NCBI GenBank assembly: GCA_030587475.2
Contig: JAUQYZ020000004.1
Location: forward strand, 1-26,210
Direction of reading: 5' to 3'
DNA length: 26,210 nt
Source of the DNA: Candidatus Sigynarchaeum calidifontis
GTDB lineage: Archaea > Asgardarchaeota > Lokiarchaeia > Sigyniarchaeales > Sigyniarchaeaceae
The notes beneath the pieces were generated by a model that saw only the letters and a list, made by a program, of their open reading frames with translations, ran no database searches and was not told the DNA's origin. Both the position numbers and the translations under genes were made by a program. This document shows positions 1 to 8,672 of this stretch, one piece after another (the stretch's first letter is position 1; every line of letters starts with the position of its first letter).

Positions 1-1
1 A

Positions 2-757
2 ACGGCCTTCATGCTCGATCGCATCGCATGGAAGCTGGACTTCGAGACCTACGGGCTTGCCGGGCACGTGGCGACGCCCGCTCAAGCCATAACGCTCGGT
101 GCCGACGATTGCCAGGGCCAAGCCGTGGTGCTCGCGTCGCTGCTATTGCGGCTCAATTACACGAGCACCTGGGCGGTGGAGACCCCCTTCCATTGGTACG
201 TCGTCGCCCGCGATCCCGCCCTCCCGCCGCTTCCAGCCGGCTGGGAGAGGCGAATCGAGGAATACCAGGATAATGGCTCGATCGCCACGTTGAACCGTGA
301 CGGCGGCGGGGACATGCCAACCTGGCGCTGGGAGCCCGTCGTGCTCGTCTTCAACGACCGGGAGACCCTTTACCCGGTCGACCCGTTTACTGGGCTCTGG
401 ATCTCGTGGACATCGACCGCGTTCTTCGTTGACGATATCTTCCCGCTGTTCGAGGGGCCAGGGATTTTCGCCATCGTCGCCGCGTCGATGCTCATGGGCA
501 TGCCCCTCGCCATGTACACGTCCTACATGGGTGGGCAAGCAGCACGGATCCCGAAAGGACAAGCGAGAAAGCTGTTGCGGGCATTCGTCTTGAAATCCCT
601 CGTTCTCGGGGCAATATTTTTCGGGATCCTCGTGGCCTGGTACCTCTTGCAGCCAGTTATCTGGGATTACACTCTCGTCATGGCCATCGGGCTGGTTTCA
701 ATCACGTGCTCGATCGCCTCGGAGCCAAGAATTTGGCGACGCCTCGGGATCGCATGA
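2..757 (+). CDS. Membrane-anchored transglutaminase-like (papain-fold) cysteine protease domain protein, probably 5'-truncated by the window edge
   Basis: DDCQGQAVVLASLL followed by PFHWYV matches the GDC..A.L.ASLL...H.W pattern of transglutaminase-like domains. About 3 hydrophobic C-terminal helices. The frame is open from base 2, so ATG 11 may be internal. Confidence 0.6.
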   Translation, partial: TAFMLDRIAWKLDFETYGLAGHVATPAQAITLGADDCQGQAVVLASLLLRLNYTSTWAVETPFHWYVVARDPALPPLPAGWERRIEEYQDNGSIATLNRDGGGDMPTWRWEPVVLVFNDRETLYPVDPFTGLWISWTSTAFFVDDIFPLFEGPGIFAIVAASMLMGMPLAMYTSYMGGQAARIPKGQARKLLRAFVLKSLVLGAIFFGILVAWYLLQPVIWDYTLVMAIGLVSITCSIASEPRIWRRLGIA

Positions 758-853
758 TCACGCGCGTGCTGGCACGTGAAAGTCAAATAAACACGAGATG
801 TGCTTCCTGGTGGGCGTGAACGGGTCCAAATCTCCTTGCAACGCGAGCACCAC

Positions 854-888
854 ACGATCGGTATCGGGTATCATCCCCGATATTTCGT
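854..888. promoter_or_regulatory. Inverted repeat directly upstream of the acyltransferase promoter (possible operator or hairpin)
   Basis: TATCGGG (862-868) / CCCGATA (876-882) arms, with outer ACGA (854-857) / TCGT (885-888). Confidence 0.3.
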
Positions 889-893
889 ACATC

Positions 894-909
894 TAATAAA
901 TCCTTAAAA
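894..909 (+). promoter_or_regulatory. Putative archaeal BRE/TATA promoter
   Basis: TAATAAA..TTAAAA (904-909), about 27-32 nt before ATG 936, in a GC-rich context. Confidence 0.4.
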
Positions 910-935
910 GCGGCAATCCACGCCTCCGCGCATCC

Positions 936-1889
936 ATGATCCGCGATGTTTTCACCATCTGGCGCCAGCAAGCGAGCCCGCTGTCCCGCAAAGCTCGGGT
1001 ATGGTTACCCCGGGCGCACATCTTCGCCGCCCGCCACAACCGGTTCGTCACCTTGCTGTTCCAGAAATTCTGGTACTGGTTCTTCAAAGCGCGGAACCGC
1101 CTGGAGGTGCTCGGCTTCGAGCACGTGAAAAACGTGGTACATGCTGGTGGTCCCTTCATCATCGTGGCGAATCACTCCGGTACCGCAGACGTTGCACTCC
1201 AGCAAGCCATCCAGGCACACAATGACGTGATCACGTTCGCGTTCATCAACGGCGACGGCTTCATCGACCCAGTGTTTCCGTTTATTTCCGCCATGCTCTA
1301 TTTCGCTGAATACATCCCGCGCATGGGCACGGGGAAGCAAAGCATCAGCCGGGTAGTCAAGCGGCTCGTGGCCGGCGACCGGATAGTCTACTTTCCCGAG
1401 GGCAGCTTTGATTTCGGCCTTGTCTGGCGTGGTTATACCGGCATCGCGCGGATCGCGCTGGAATACAAGAAAGCGACGGGGAAACCGCTGCGCATCGTCC
1501 CCGCGTGTACCATAGGGATGCACGAGGCATACAACCCCCACGTGTACCACCCGCATCACTTCTTTCGCACGCGAAAGCACAAGGCCAACCACCGGCACAG
1601 GCAAGATGCCGAAGTCGCAGCATTGCGAAAGCGTCGTCTCGATTCCCTGCCTGCATCGGCACGCGTGCGCCGGCCCGGGCAGAAACTCGTCGTGAAATTT
1701 GGCCCGTCGTTCACGTCCGACATCCCGGACTTCCCGAGCAGCGCGGATCTCGAAGCGGAGACCGACCGGATCATGCTCCGGGTCGCCTCGTTATGGGGGC
1801 AAAAAAAGCTGCGCCCGAACGTCGCGCGCGCGTGGGTTCAGCGCGCCGTGCCGGCGGTCGACGGTCAAGGCCGGCTCTGGCACGGATGA
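936..1889 (+). CDS. PlsC-like lysophospholipid/glycerol-phosphate acyltransferase
   Basis: IIVANHSGTAD (HX4D catalytic motif), YIPR, YFPEG and IVP blocks of the LPLAT family. Confidence 0.85.
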   Translation: MIRDVFTIWRQQASPLSRKARVWLPRAHIFAARHNRFVTLLFQKFWYWFFKARNRLEVLGFEHVKNVVHAGGPFIIVANHSGTADVALQQAIQAHNDVITFAFINGDGFIDPVFPFISAMLYFAEYIPRMGTGKQSISRVVKRLVAGDRIVYFPEGSFDFGLVWRGYTGIARIALEYKKATGKPLRIVPACTIGMHEAYNPHVYHPHHFFRTRKHKANHRHRQDAEVAALRKRRLDSLPASARVRRPGQKLVVKFGPSFTSDIPDFPSSADLEAETDRIMLRVASLWGQKKLRPNVARAWVQRAVPAVDGQGRLWHG

Positions 1890-3431
1890 TCACGATCCCA
1901 CGGGATACAGCTCCACCGCGTCCAGCCAAGCCCAGGAACCTGGCGTGCCAGCGGGGGAACTGATCTTTATTGTAATGCAGCTTTCCCCTGATGGAAGCGT
2001 GAAATCGAGTGAAATTCTCTTTATCACGGTATTATCTATGGCGCTGGATGCGAGCGTGATGCCGCCGCGCTCGACACCAACACGGGCAAACCGGCCCAAG
2101 CATGACCCCCACGCGACCAGGCGGTAGGTCGTGTTTCCCTTCAAGCCCGTCACGACTTGCCGAACCGTGCACGAGTAGGAGATCACGCTCCAGAACCATA
2201 GCATCTGCCGGCCCTGGCACGTGCATTGGTTTATCGGCACCGACCACGACGCGACGGGCCCGGCGATCAGCGCGGCGTAGACGGCACCATCCCACGGCAA
2301 CTCGACATCCCAACCGGAAAGGCCCGCCAGCTCGAAGCCCGGGTTGGTCAAGGGCACCACGCCCTGGCTGTCGTTGATCCCAGAGGGCATCGGTTGTGGA
2401 TCGCGCGTTGGCCCGAAGGCATGCAGGTCGCCACGCGTGGTGAAGACCAGCCGGTCGATGCAGACTTCCCGGTCCCAGCTAACGTCCCACGATTTCTTGA
2501 CGTGGTACACGATAAAGAGTTCCGTGTCGTCAGGCGATGGCACGACGGAACAATGCCCCGGACCCGGAATCCACCAATTCTTCGTTAACACGTAACCTTT
2601 TCTCGTGAACGGCCCGAGCGGAGAACTCGCAATCGCGTGGCCGACCCGATACTCGGCAGTGTCTGCCCCGTTGGCGGAAAACAGCAAATGATAGAGGCCA
2701 TCGCGAACCACGAGCCACGGCGCCTCGATCAAGCTCTCGTCCGGCGTTTTTTCCAGGATGCGCATGTGGGGGCCAACCGTTCCGTTCAGGTCCGGCGCGA
2801 GCTGCACGACGTAGATGCCCCGTGCCGAGGCGTCGTGGTTGGTGTAGTACATGTAGGGTGTACCGCCATGCTCGAAAATGTGCTGGTCGATCGTTTCCTG
2901 GTGCAAGTCGAAGAGCGGCTCGTCCTTCATGTCCACGTACGGCCCCGTGATGCTCGCCGAGCGGGCGATGCCGATGCGATGGTGTTGCATGACCGTGTCT
3001 GGCGATGCAGAGTACGACAGGTAGAAATAACCGCTGTACACGAAGATCTCGGCGGCCCAGAACATGAACATGTTCCAGTCGCCGGGGTTGCGCGGTGCGG
3101 CATATACAACACCCTCGTCTGTCCAGTTCACAAGATCTGGCGATGACCACAGCCGGATCGCGCCGGTATAATGGCCGGGTCCCGTCCCGGTCATATAATA
3201 CCGCCCGCCGTGCCGGATGACCGCCGGGTCGGCCACGTCCTGCCCCGCCGGCATCGTCACGGGATTGCGGTAGTGTCCCGGCAAGGGAGGAAGCGTTCCC
3301 GGGTATGCCAGTACCGAATTGCATGGAAACGACGGGGGCGTGGCCATCTTGAGCGAGACGATCACGTTCGTCGCGAACACCGCGGCGAATAGCACGGCTT
3401 GGGCCATCCGTTTTTTCTTGCTCGCGGGCAT
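1890..3431 (-). CDS. Secreted or membrane-anchored GH43 glycoside hydrolase with a C-terminal CBM-like domain
   Basis: N-terminal basic plus hydrophobic segment. ADPAV (base), WAAEI, TIDQ, IEAP (acid) and GPGHCS motifs. C-terminal LTNPGFE..GW...Q.VTGL..NTTY jelly-roll pattern. Confidence 0.88.
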   Translation of the reverse strand: MPASKKKRMAQAVLFAAVFATNVIVSLKMATPPSFPCNSVLAYPGTLPPLPGHYRNPVTMPAGQDVADPAVIRHGGRYYMTGTGPGHYTGAIRLWSSPDLVNWTDEGVVYAAPRNPGDWNMFMFWAAEIFVYSGYFYLSYSASPDTVMQHHRIGIARSASITGPYVDMKDEPLFDLHQETIDQHIFEHGGTPYMYYTNHDASARGIYVVQLAPDLNGTVGPHMRILEKTPDESLIEAPWLVVRDGLYHLLFSANGADTAEYRVGHAIASSPLGPFTRKGYVLTKNWWIPGPGHCSVVPSPDDTELFIVYHVKKSWDVSWDREVCIDRLVFTTRGDLHAFGPTRDPQPMPSGINDSQGVVPLTNPGFELAGLSGWDVELPWDGAVYAALIAGPVASWSVPINQCTCQGRQMLWFWSVISYSCTVRQVVTGLKGNTTYRLVAWGSCLGRFARVGVERGGITLASSAIDNTVIKRISLDFTLPSGESCITIKISSPAGTPGSWAWLDAVELYPVGS

Positions 3432-3459
3432 GAGATCAGTCCAAATCTCGTCCTAAATC

Positions 3460-3467
3460 TATTTAAA
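3460..3467 (-). promoter_or_regulatory. Putative TATA box for the GH43 gene
   Basis: TTTAAATA on the minus strand, 29-36 nt upstream of ATG 3431. Confidence 0.5.
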
Positions 3468-3485
3468 CCGATGCGCGCCACCTAG

Positions 3486-3683
3486 CCCGGGCGTATCCAT
3501 GGCAGGACGGGGCTCGACGCGCACCTGGGGCTCACGGCCACGGTGATCGTGGGTCAAGCCGCGGGTACAGCGGCGGCGATTTGCGTCAAGAGAGGCATCG
3601 AACCGCGAGGCATCGATGTCCAAGAACTCCGCGCCTTGCTACGAGATAACGGCGTGGTGATCGAGCCGGAAAAGGTCGCGTGA
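3486..3683 (+). pseudogene. 3' fragment of an FAD-dependent oxidoreductase (paralog of 5566-6822), absent from the ORF track
   Basis: From 3543 it reads VIVGQAAGTAAAICVKRGIEPRGIDVQELRALLRDNGVVIEPEKVA*. It is 21/37 identical by eye to GQAAGTAAALCARNGVAPRQLDVRLLQKTLVDQGQVI of the intact gene. There is an in-frame TAG at 3483 and no FAD-binding N-terminus. Confidence 0.75.
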
Positions 3684-3709
3684 GGCGGTTTTCCTCGGTT
3701 CCTGCTCCA

Positions 3710-4246
3710 TCATTGCACGAGGAGCAAGCAGAAATAGGTGGGCTCCTCGCTCGTCGATTTCAGCACGTGGATCTCGAACCCGGCGGCGCGGGCGGTCGAG
3801 TAGACGTCGATCCCCGATCCTTCCATCGAGGGCCGCGCCTTGCTCGGGTGCACGCAATGCTTGAGGTTGCACGTTTTACAATAGGGGCATGGGCCGCAGC
3901 TGTACCCGTACGCGGCGTGGAACCCGTCGAGAAACACCTCCCTTTCCAGGTCCGCGATCACGTCGTGGGTCTTCTTCCAACCATTCTCGCCGAGTTTTTC
4001 GAACTTGAGCACCACTGCCCACTCGTATCCCGATAATACCTTACGTGTCGTGTCCGGCGTCGGGCTATACGGCGGGCAAGTCAATCCCTCGCCGTAACCC
4101 CCGCAACCGAACTGGCACTTGAGCCGAACCCAGTCCTTGACAACAATGTTCGATGCCTTGAGGGGACGGGCGTCCGTGGCACCAAGCGCGATGGCCCTTT
4201 GGCAAATCTTTGCCAGGGCTGCTTCCATCGTGTTGAAATTGTCCAT
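3710..4246 (-). CDS. DUF2284-family Cys-rich predicted metal-binding protein
   Basis: WVRLKCQFGC..YG..LTCPPYSP, GPCPYCKTC....C.HP..ARPSMEG.GIDVY.TA. ATG 4246 is preferred over TTG 4258 because of a TATA-like box at 4274-4280. Confidence 0.85.
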   Translation of the reverse strand: MDNFNTMEAALAKICQRAIALGATDARPLKASNIVVKDWVRLKCQFGCGGYGEGLTCPPYSPTPDTTRKVLSGYEWAVVLKFEKLGENGWKKTHDVIADLEREVFLDGFHAAYGYSCGPCPYCKTCNLKHCVHPSKARPSMEGSGIDVYSTARAAGFEIHVLKSTSEEPTYFCLLLVQ

Positions 4247-4326
4247 CTCGTTTCTCAAAAGGCTCGTGAAGGCATAAAAAGCTTTAGTCGTGATGCTTTC
4301 TTAGGACTAACGCGGGATGATCGCCA

Positions 4327-5472
4327 ATGAAGACGAAGTTTGCCCCGGCCGGCCGTGCAAGCGTCGACGACTTGGAACGGCAAAAAAATATATTCCAAGA
4401 GAACCCGGTTCTCGATACATTCCTCGGGAAGGTTCCTTCCATATTCATTATTCTGAACAAACACAGGCAAATCGTCTACATGAACAAGGGCGCATTGGAT
4501 TTTTCAGGGCTAAACGCCGTCGTAGATGCCCTCGGAAAAAGACCTGGCGAGCTTCTCGATTGCATTCATTCAAAGGAAGAGATCGATGGATGCGGCACGG
4601 CCGAGGCCTGCACGTTCTGCGGCGCGGTGGATGCCGTGTTGACGAGCCAGAAAGGGAAGCCCGCGGTCCGTGATGCCCGCTTGCTCGTCGGTGACGGTCG
4701 AAAGGCGGTCGATCTCCGCGTTTGGGCAATGCCTCTCGAAATCGAGGGCGAGGCATTCACCGCGGTTACCATCCAGGACATCAATCGAGAGAAACGGCTG
4801 TTAGCGCTGGAGCGCGTGTTCTATCACGATATCTTGAACACCGTGACCGGCCTTGCCAGTAACATTGCATTGCTGCGAAATTACAGGGATCGGGTTAATG
4901 TCGACGAGATGCTCGCGCAAGCCGATGCCCTGGTGCAGCGCTTGATCGACGAGATCCATTCCCAGCAGCTGTTGACCGCTGCCGAGGGAAACATCTTGAA
5001 GGTGCAGCTGCGTGACTTTAGCTCGAAAGCTCTCCTTGGCGACATCGTTATCCGGTACATGATGACCGAGCTTGTAAAAAACAAGAAGTTAGAGATCGAC
5101 ATGGCTTCCGAAGTCATTGATATTCGTTCTGACAAGGTGATCACGAGCCGGATTTTGGACAACATGGTGAAAAATGCCTTGGAAGCCACTCCTGATGGCG
5201 GGACGGTCAGGCTGGGTTGCAAGGGCGCGGGCGGTCGAGTTACCTTCTGGGTCCACAACGAGGGGTATATCCCGCGAGAGGTCCAGCTGCAAATCTTTAC
5301 CAGGTCATTCTCCACGAAAGGGCGTGACAGGGGCCTAGGCACATACAGCATGATGCTTCTTAGCAAGTATCTGCAAGGATCTGTCTCCTTTACCACGTCC
5401 AAGGAGAACGGGACGACCTTTTTTTTGGACATGCCCCAAACACTGACGCTGGAAACGAACGCGCCTGAATGA
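4327..5472 (+). CDS. Cytoplasmic PAS-domain sensor histidine kinase with a four-Cys motif
   Basis: PAS-like IIILNKHRQIVYMN. H-box YHDILN, N-box NMVKNALEA, F/G2 boxes IFTRSFSTKG..RGLG. No transmembrane segment. Confidence 0.9.
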   Translation: MKTKFAPAGRASVDDLERQKNIFQENPVLDTFLGKVPSIFIILNKHRQIVYMNKGALDFSGLNAVVDALGKRPGELLDCIHSKEEIDGCGTAEACTFCGAVDAVLTSQKGKPAVRDARLLVGDGRKAVDLRVWAMPLEIEGEAFTAVTIQDINREKRLLALERVFYHDILNTVTGLASNIALLRNYRDRVNVDEMLAQADALVQRLIDEIHSQQLLTAAEGNILKVQLRDFSSKALLGDIVIRYMMTELVKNKKLEIDMASEVIDIRSDKVITSRILDNMVKNALEATPDGGTVRLGCKGAGGRVTFWVHNEGYIPREVQLQIFTRSFSTKGRDRGLGTYSMMLLSKYLQGSVSFTTSKENGTTFFLDMPQTLTLETNAPE

Positions 5473-5565
5473 CTTTTCCTTCTTGCACGTCAGCTTTTTG
5501 TAAGCCACCGGCGAAATTCGTCTCACGTACTTACTGCGTTGTTGTCTGGTCGAGGTAAAAAAGGT

Positions 5566-6822
5566 ATGGCGAAATATCACGAGCCGGCTCGTGACATCGA
5601 CGTGGCAGGCAATTTTGATGTCATCGTCGTTGGTGGCGGGCCTGCTGGCATAACGGCATCGATCGCGAGTGCCCGGAACGGGGCAAAAACATTGTTAATC
5701 GAGCGGTTCGGATTCCTCGGTGGCACGGCAACCGCATCACTCATGAACAACATCAACGGGTTTCGCAACCAGGTCAAGCCTGATGCCACCCAGACCGTGA
5801 AGGGCATCGCCCAGGAGATCATCTTGTCGCTCAAGAAACTCGGTGGCCTCGGCAAGAGCCCCTACAAACAAGAGGAACACGCAACGGTCAAGGATGACCT
5901 GTCTTATTCCTACTGCATCGACCCGGAAAAGTTCAAGTTTGTCGTTCTCGACATGGCCGTGGACGCCGGCGTCGAGATCCTGTTTCATTCCTACTTTTCA
6001 GCACCGGTAATGGATGGACACGCGGTCAAGGGGGTGATCGTCGAGAACAAATCCGGCCGCATTGCGATCCTCGCAAAGGTAGTGGTCGACGCGACGGGCG
6101 ACGGCGACGTGGCGGCACGAGCTGGCGCGCCGTTCTGGGAGGCAAAGCACGAAGACAAGAAGCTCGTCGATGGCTTGATGTACAAGATCTCGGGACTCAA
6201 GGACGCGCCTTTCGAAAATTGCAGGTATGGGGACAGCAGCGTTGTCTGGGGTCCCGCGATGGTCTGGGGTCATAACGACGCGTGGGAGATATCCCGTTCC
6301 GAGATCGCCACGCGCCTCGAGGTGTACAACCATTTCAACCAGTTGCTCCATGCAAACCCCGCGCTGAAGGCCGCGGGGGTATACGTGGGCGAAACGCCCG
6401 CGATGCTTGGCATCCGGCAGACGCGGTTCATCGAAGGCGAGTACAAGCTCACGGCCGACGATGCCATCACCGGCCGCCGGTTCGACGACGTGGTCGCCAT
6501 CAGCTCGGCGCCCATCATCCACTATTACGGGTACAGGCGATACCTCGAGCATGAGGGATACGACATTCCATATCGATGTCTCGTGCCTAAAATGGTCGAG
6601 AACCTCGTCATCTCTGGAAGATGCATCTCGTCGGAGCAACAGCCATTTGAATCACACCGGTCCATGGCACCCATCATGGCCATCGGTCAGGCCGCCGGTA
6701 CCGCGGCGGCTTTGTGTGCCAGGAATGGTGTCGCGCCTAGGCAGCTCGACGTGCGCCTTTTACAAAAGACCCTGGTGGATCAAGGCCAGGTGATCACTCT
6801 CCAATCGGGTCAGCCCAGGTAA
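5566..6822 (+). CDS. FAD-dependent oxidoreductase (FAD_oxidored-type family)
   Basis: DVIVVGGGPAG Rossmann motif, IER...LGG, VDATGDGD, YDIPYRCLVP, GRCIS and GQAAG. ATG 5566 is preferred over TTG 5539. Confidence 0.9.
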   Translation: MAKYHEPARDIDVAGNFDVIVVGGGPAGITASIASARNGAKTLLIERFGFLGGTATASLMNNINGFRNQVKPDATQTVKGIAQEIILSLKKLGGLGKSPYKQEEHATVKDDLSYSYCIDPEKFKFVVLDMAVDAGVEILFHSYFSAPVMDGHAVKGVIVENKSGRIAILAKVVVDATGDGDVAARAGAPFWEAKHEDKKLVDGLMYKISGLKDAPFENCRYGDSSVVWGPAMVWGHNDAWEISRSEIATRLEVYNHFNQLLHANPALKAAGVYVGETPAMLGIRQTRFIEGEYKLTADDAITGRRFDDVVAISSAPIIHYYGYRRYLEHEGYDIPYRCLVPKMVENLVISGRCISSEQQPFESHRSMAPIMAIGQAAGTAAALCARNGVAPRQLDVRLLQKTLVDQGQVITLQSGQPR

Positions 6823-6915
6823 ATTCCCACTTTCTTCTCATAAGGGCCGCATGTTTTACGGTTATCGCGTGTTAGGCCTATCTTGAAGTGTCCCGGCGGT
6901 GCATCGAAGTCCGTG

Positions 6916-7419
6916 ATGAATGAGATGGAAAAAGCCACATTTGCAGCGGGATGCTTCTGGGGCGTCGAAGAAAGCTTCCGAAAGAAAAAGGGCGTGTTAG
7001 ACACGGTTGTCGGGTACACGGGTGGCAGCGTCGATCTTTCACGGTCGAAGGAACCATACAAGCTCGTTTGCACCGGCAAGACCGGCCATGCTGAAGCGGT
7101 TCAAGTGACGTTCGATCCGGCCCAGATATCTTACGAGGCACTGGTCGATTTTTTCTTCCATATCCACGATCCAACACAACTCAACCGGCAAGGTCCCGAC
7201 GTGGGGCCACAGTACCGCTCGGTCATTTTTTACCGAGATCAAAGACAACACGACATCGCCCACGCGGTCAAGGAGCGCTGGGAGAAGTCGGGAAGGATAC
7301 CGGGGCGCATAGTAACTGAAATCATGCCCGCGTCGACATTCTACCCTGCCGAGGAATATCACCAGCGGTATTTCGAGAAAAATGGTGCACACGGCTGCTT
7401 GACCTACATCAACTGGTGA
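6916..7419 (+). CDS. msrA: Peptide-methionine (S)-S-oxide reductase
   Basis: [36 protein letters not shown] and AEEYHQ.Y motifs. Start is 6916 or 6925. Confidence 0.96.
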   Translation: MNEMEKATFAAGCFWGVEESFRKKKGVLDTVVGYTGGSVDLSRSKEPYKLVCTGKTGHAEAVQVTFDPAQISYEALVDFFFHIHDPTQLNRQGPDVGPQYRSVIFYRDQRQHDIAHAVKERWEKSGRIPGRIVTEIMPASTFYPAEEYHQRYFEKNGAHGCLTYINW

Positions 7420-7551
7420 ACCGAGCCGTACCAGGTAAAGTTGCAATAGGAGGCTCACGGGGAACGAGGCCATTTGTTAAAGCTACGGTCTGCCAGTTGT
7501 CATCAATCGCACCCGCCTTACCTTTTTTTCGACCGTCGTGGTTCTTGACAT

Positions 7552-8664
7552 GTGAACCGATGGATCTTGGACTTGCCGCCCAACCGCACCCGCCGCGCCT
7601 ATCCCGGAGGGTTGCTGCTAGAGGAGCTAGAGGGCAAGTCAAATCCCCATGACAGCGACCGGCCCGAGGATTGGGTCGCGTCGGTCGTTGCTGCACGCAA
7701 CCCTGGTCTCGCCCCCATCGAAAACGAAGGCCTCGCGACCTTGCGTGACGGAAAGGGGGGTTCCGCGCTGCTCAAGGACGTGATCGAGACGGATCCATGC
7801 CATTACCTCGGTCCGAGGCACGTGGACGCGCGGGGCACGAACCCAGGCTTTTTGTTGAAGCTGCTCGATTCCGCCACGCGGCTGCACGTGCAAGTCCACC
7901 CGACGCGCGAGTTCGCGCGCTGCCACTTGAACTCGCCGTTCGGCAAGCTGGAGTGTTACCACATCATCGCGACGCGCCCGGGAACCCGGGCTTTCATATG
8001 GCTCGGCTTCCAGCATCCACCAACGAAGGCCGAGTTCCGCCGCGTTGTTTCGGAACAAGACATCCCGGCGATGGCTTCCTGGTTCGACACGATCCCCGTG
8101 GAGCCTGGCGAGACGTGGCTCGTTCCCGGTGGCATGTTGCACGCGATCGGAGGTGGTATCTTGCTCATCGAGATGATGGAGCCTTCTGACTTGTCCATCC
8201 GGTTCGAGTTCGAGCGGGCCGGCGTGAAAATTCCCCCGGAGGCCAGGTTTCTCGGCAAGGACGTGGACTTCGCGATGGACATGATAGATTTTTCCCCGCA
8301 CCCTGTCATTGACGTGTTCCAGAAATACCGCATCCAGCCCCGTTGCATCCGCGAGGACGCGGCTTGCAGCGAGCACGTGCTCGTCGATGGCCGTCATGTC
8401 GATTGTTTCGAGGCTCGGAAGGTCGTGATACGCGGGGCCGCCTCCATCCCCAAGGATGACAGGTTGCTCGTGTACATCACGATCAAGGGTTCCGGGCAGT
8501 TGCAAGTCAAGGACGAGATAGTCGCGGTCAAGGAAGGGAGCAAGGTGCTCATACCGGCCGCCGCGACATCCGTCACGGCAAAGCCCTCGGGAAACACCCC
8601 GCTGGAGCTGATCGGCTGCATGCCTGGTGCAATAACAAGTCCGCTAACCAAAAAAGATGGATGA
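7552..8664 (+). CDS. Class I mannose-6-phosphate isomerase-like cupin protein
   Basis: PEDW..S, LLKLLDS..RLHVQVHP, GKLECY, VPGGMLHAIG and LIEMMEPSD motifs. Actual substrate is uncertain. Confidence 0.82.
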   Translation: MNRWILDLPPNRTRRAYPGGLLLEELEGKSNPHDSDRPEDWVASVVAARNPGLAPIENEGLATLRDGKGGSALLKDVIETDPCHYLGPRHVDARGTNPGFLLKLLDSATRLHVQVHPTREFARCHLNSPFGKLECYHIIATRPGTRAFIWLGFQHPPTKAEFRRVVSEQDIPAMASWFDTIPVEPGETWLVPGGMLHAIGGGILLIEMMEPSDLSIRFEFERAGVKIPPEARFLGKDVDFAMDMIDFSPHPVIDVFQKYRIQPRCIREDAACSEHVLVDGRHVDCFEARKVVIRGAASIPKDDRLLVYITIKGSGQLQVKDEIVAVKEGSKVLIPAAATSVTAKPSGNTPLELIGCMPGAITSPLTKKDG

Positions 8665-8672
8665 AAAGCAGA

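Noticed and set aside
805-852. tRNA-like 3' end (GGGTCCAAATCTCC...GCACCA)
   Set aside because: The T-stem pairs poorly, the spacing to CCA is too long, and no D arm, anticodon arm or acceptor pairing is present.
7417-7550. Selenocysteine read-through of the msrA TGA or a downstream SECIS
   Set aside because: The catalytic residue is a normal Cys (GCFWG), the protein is already complete at the TGA, and no convincing SECIS-like hairpin was seen.
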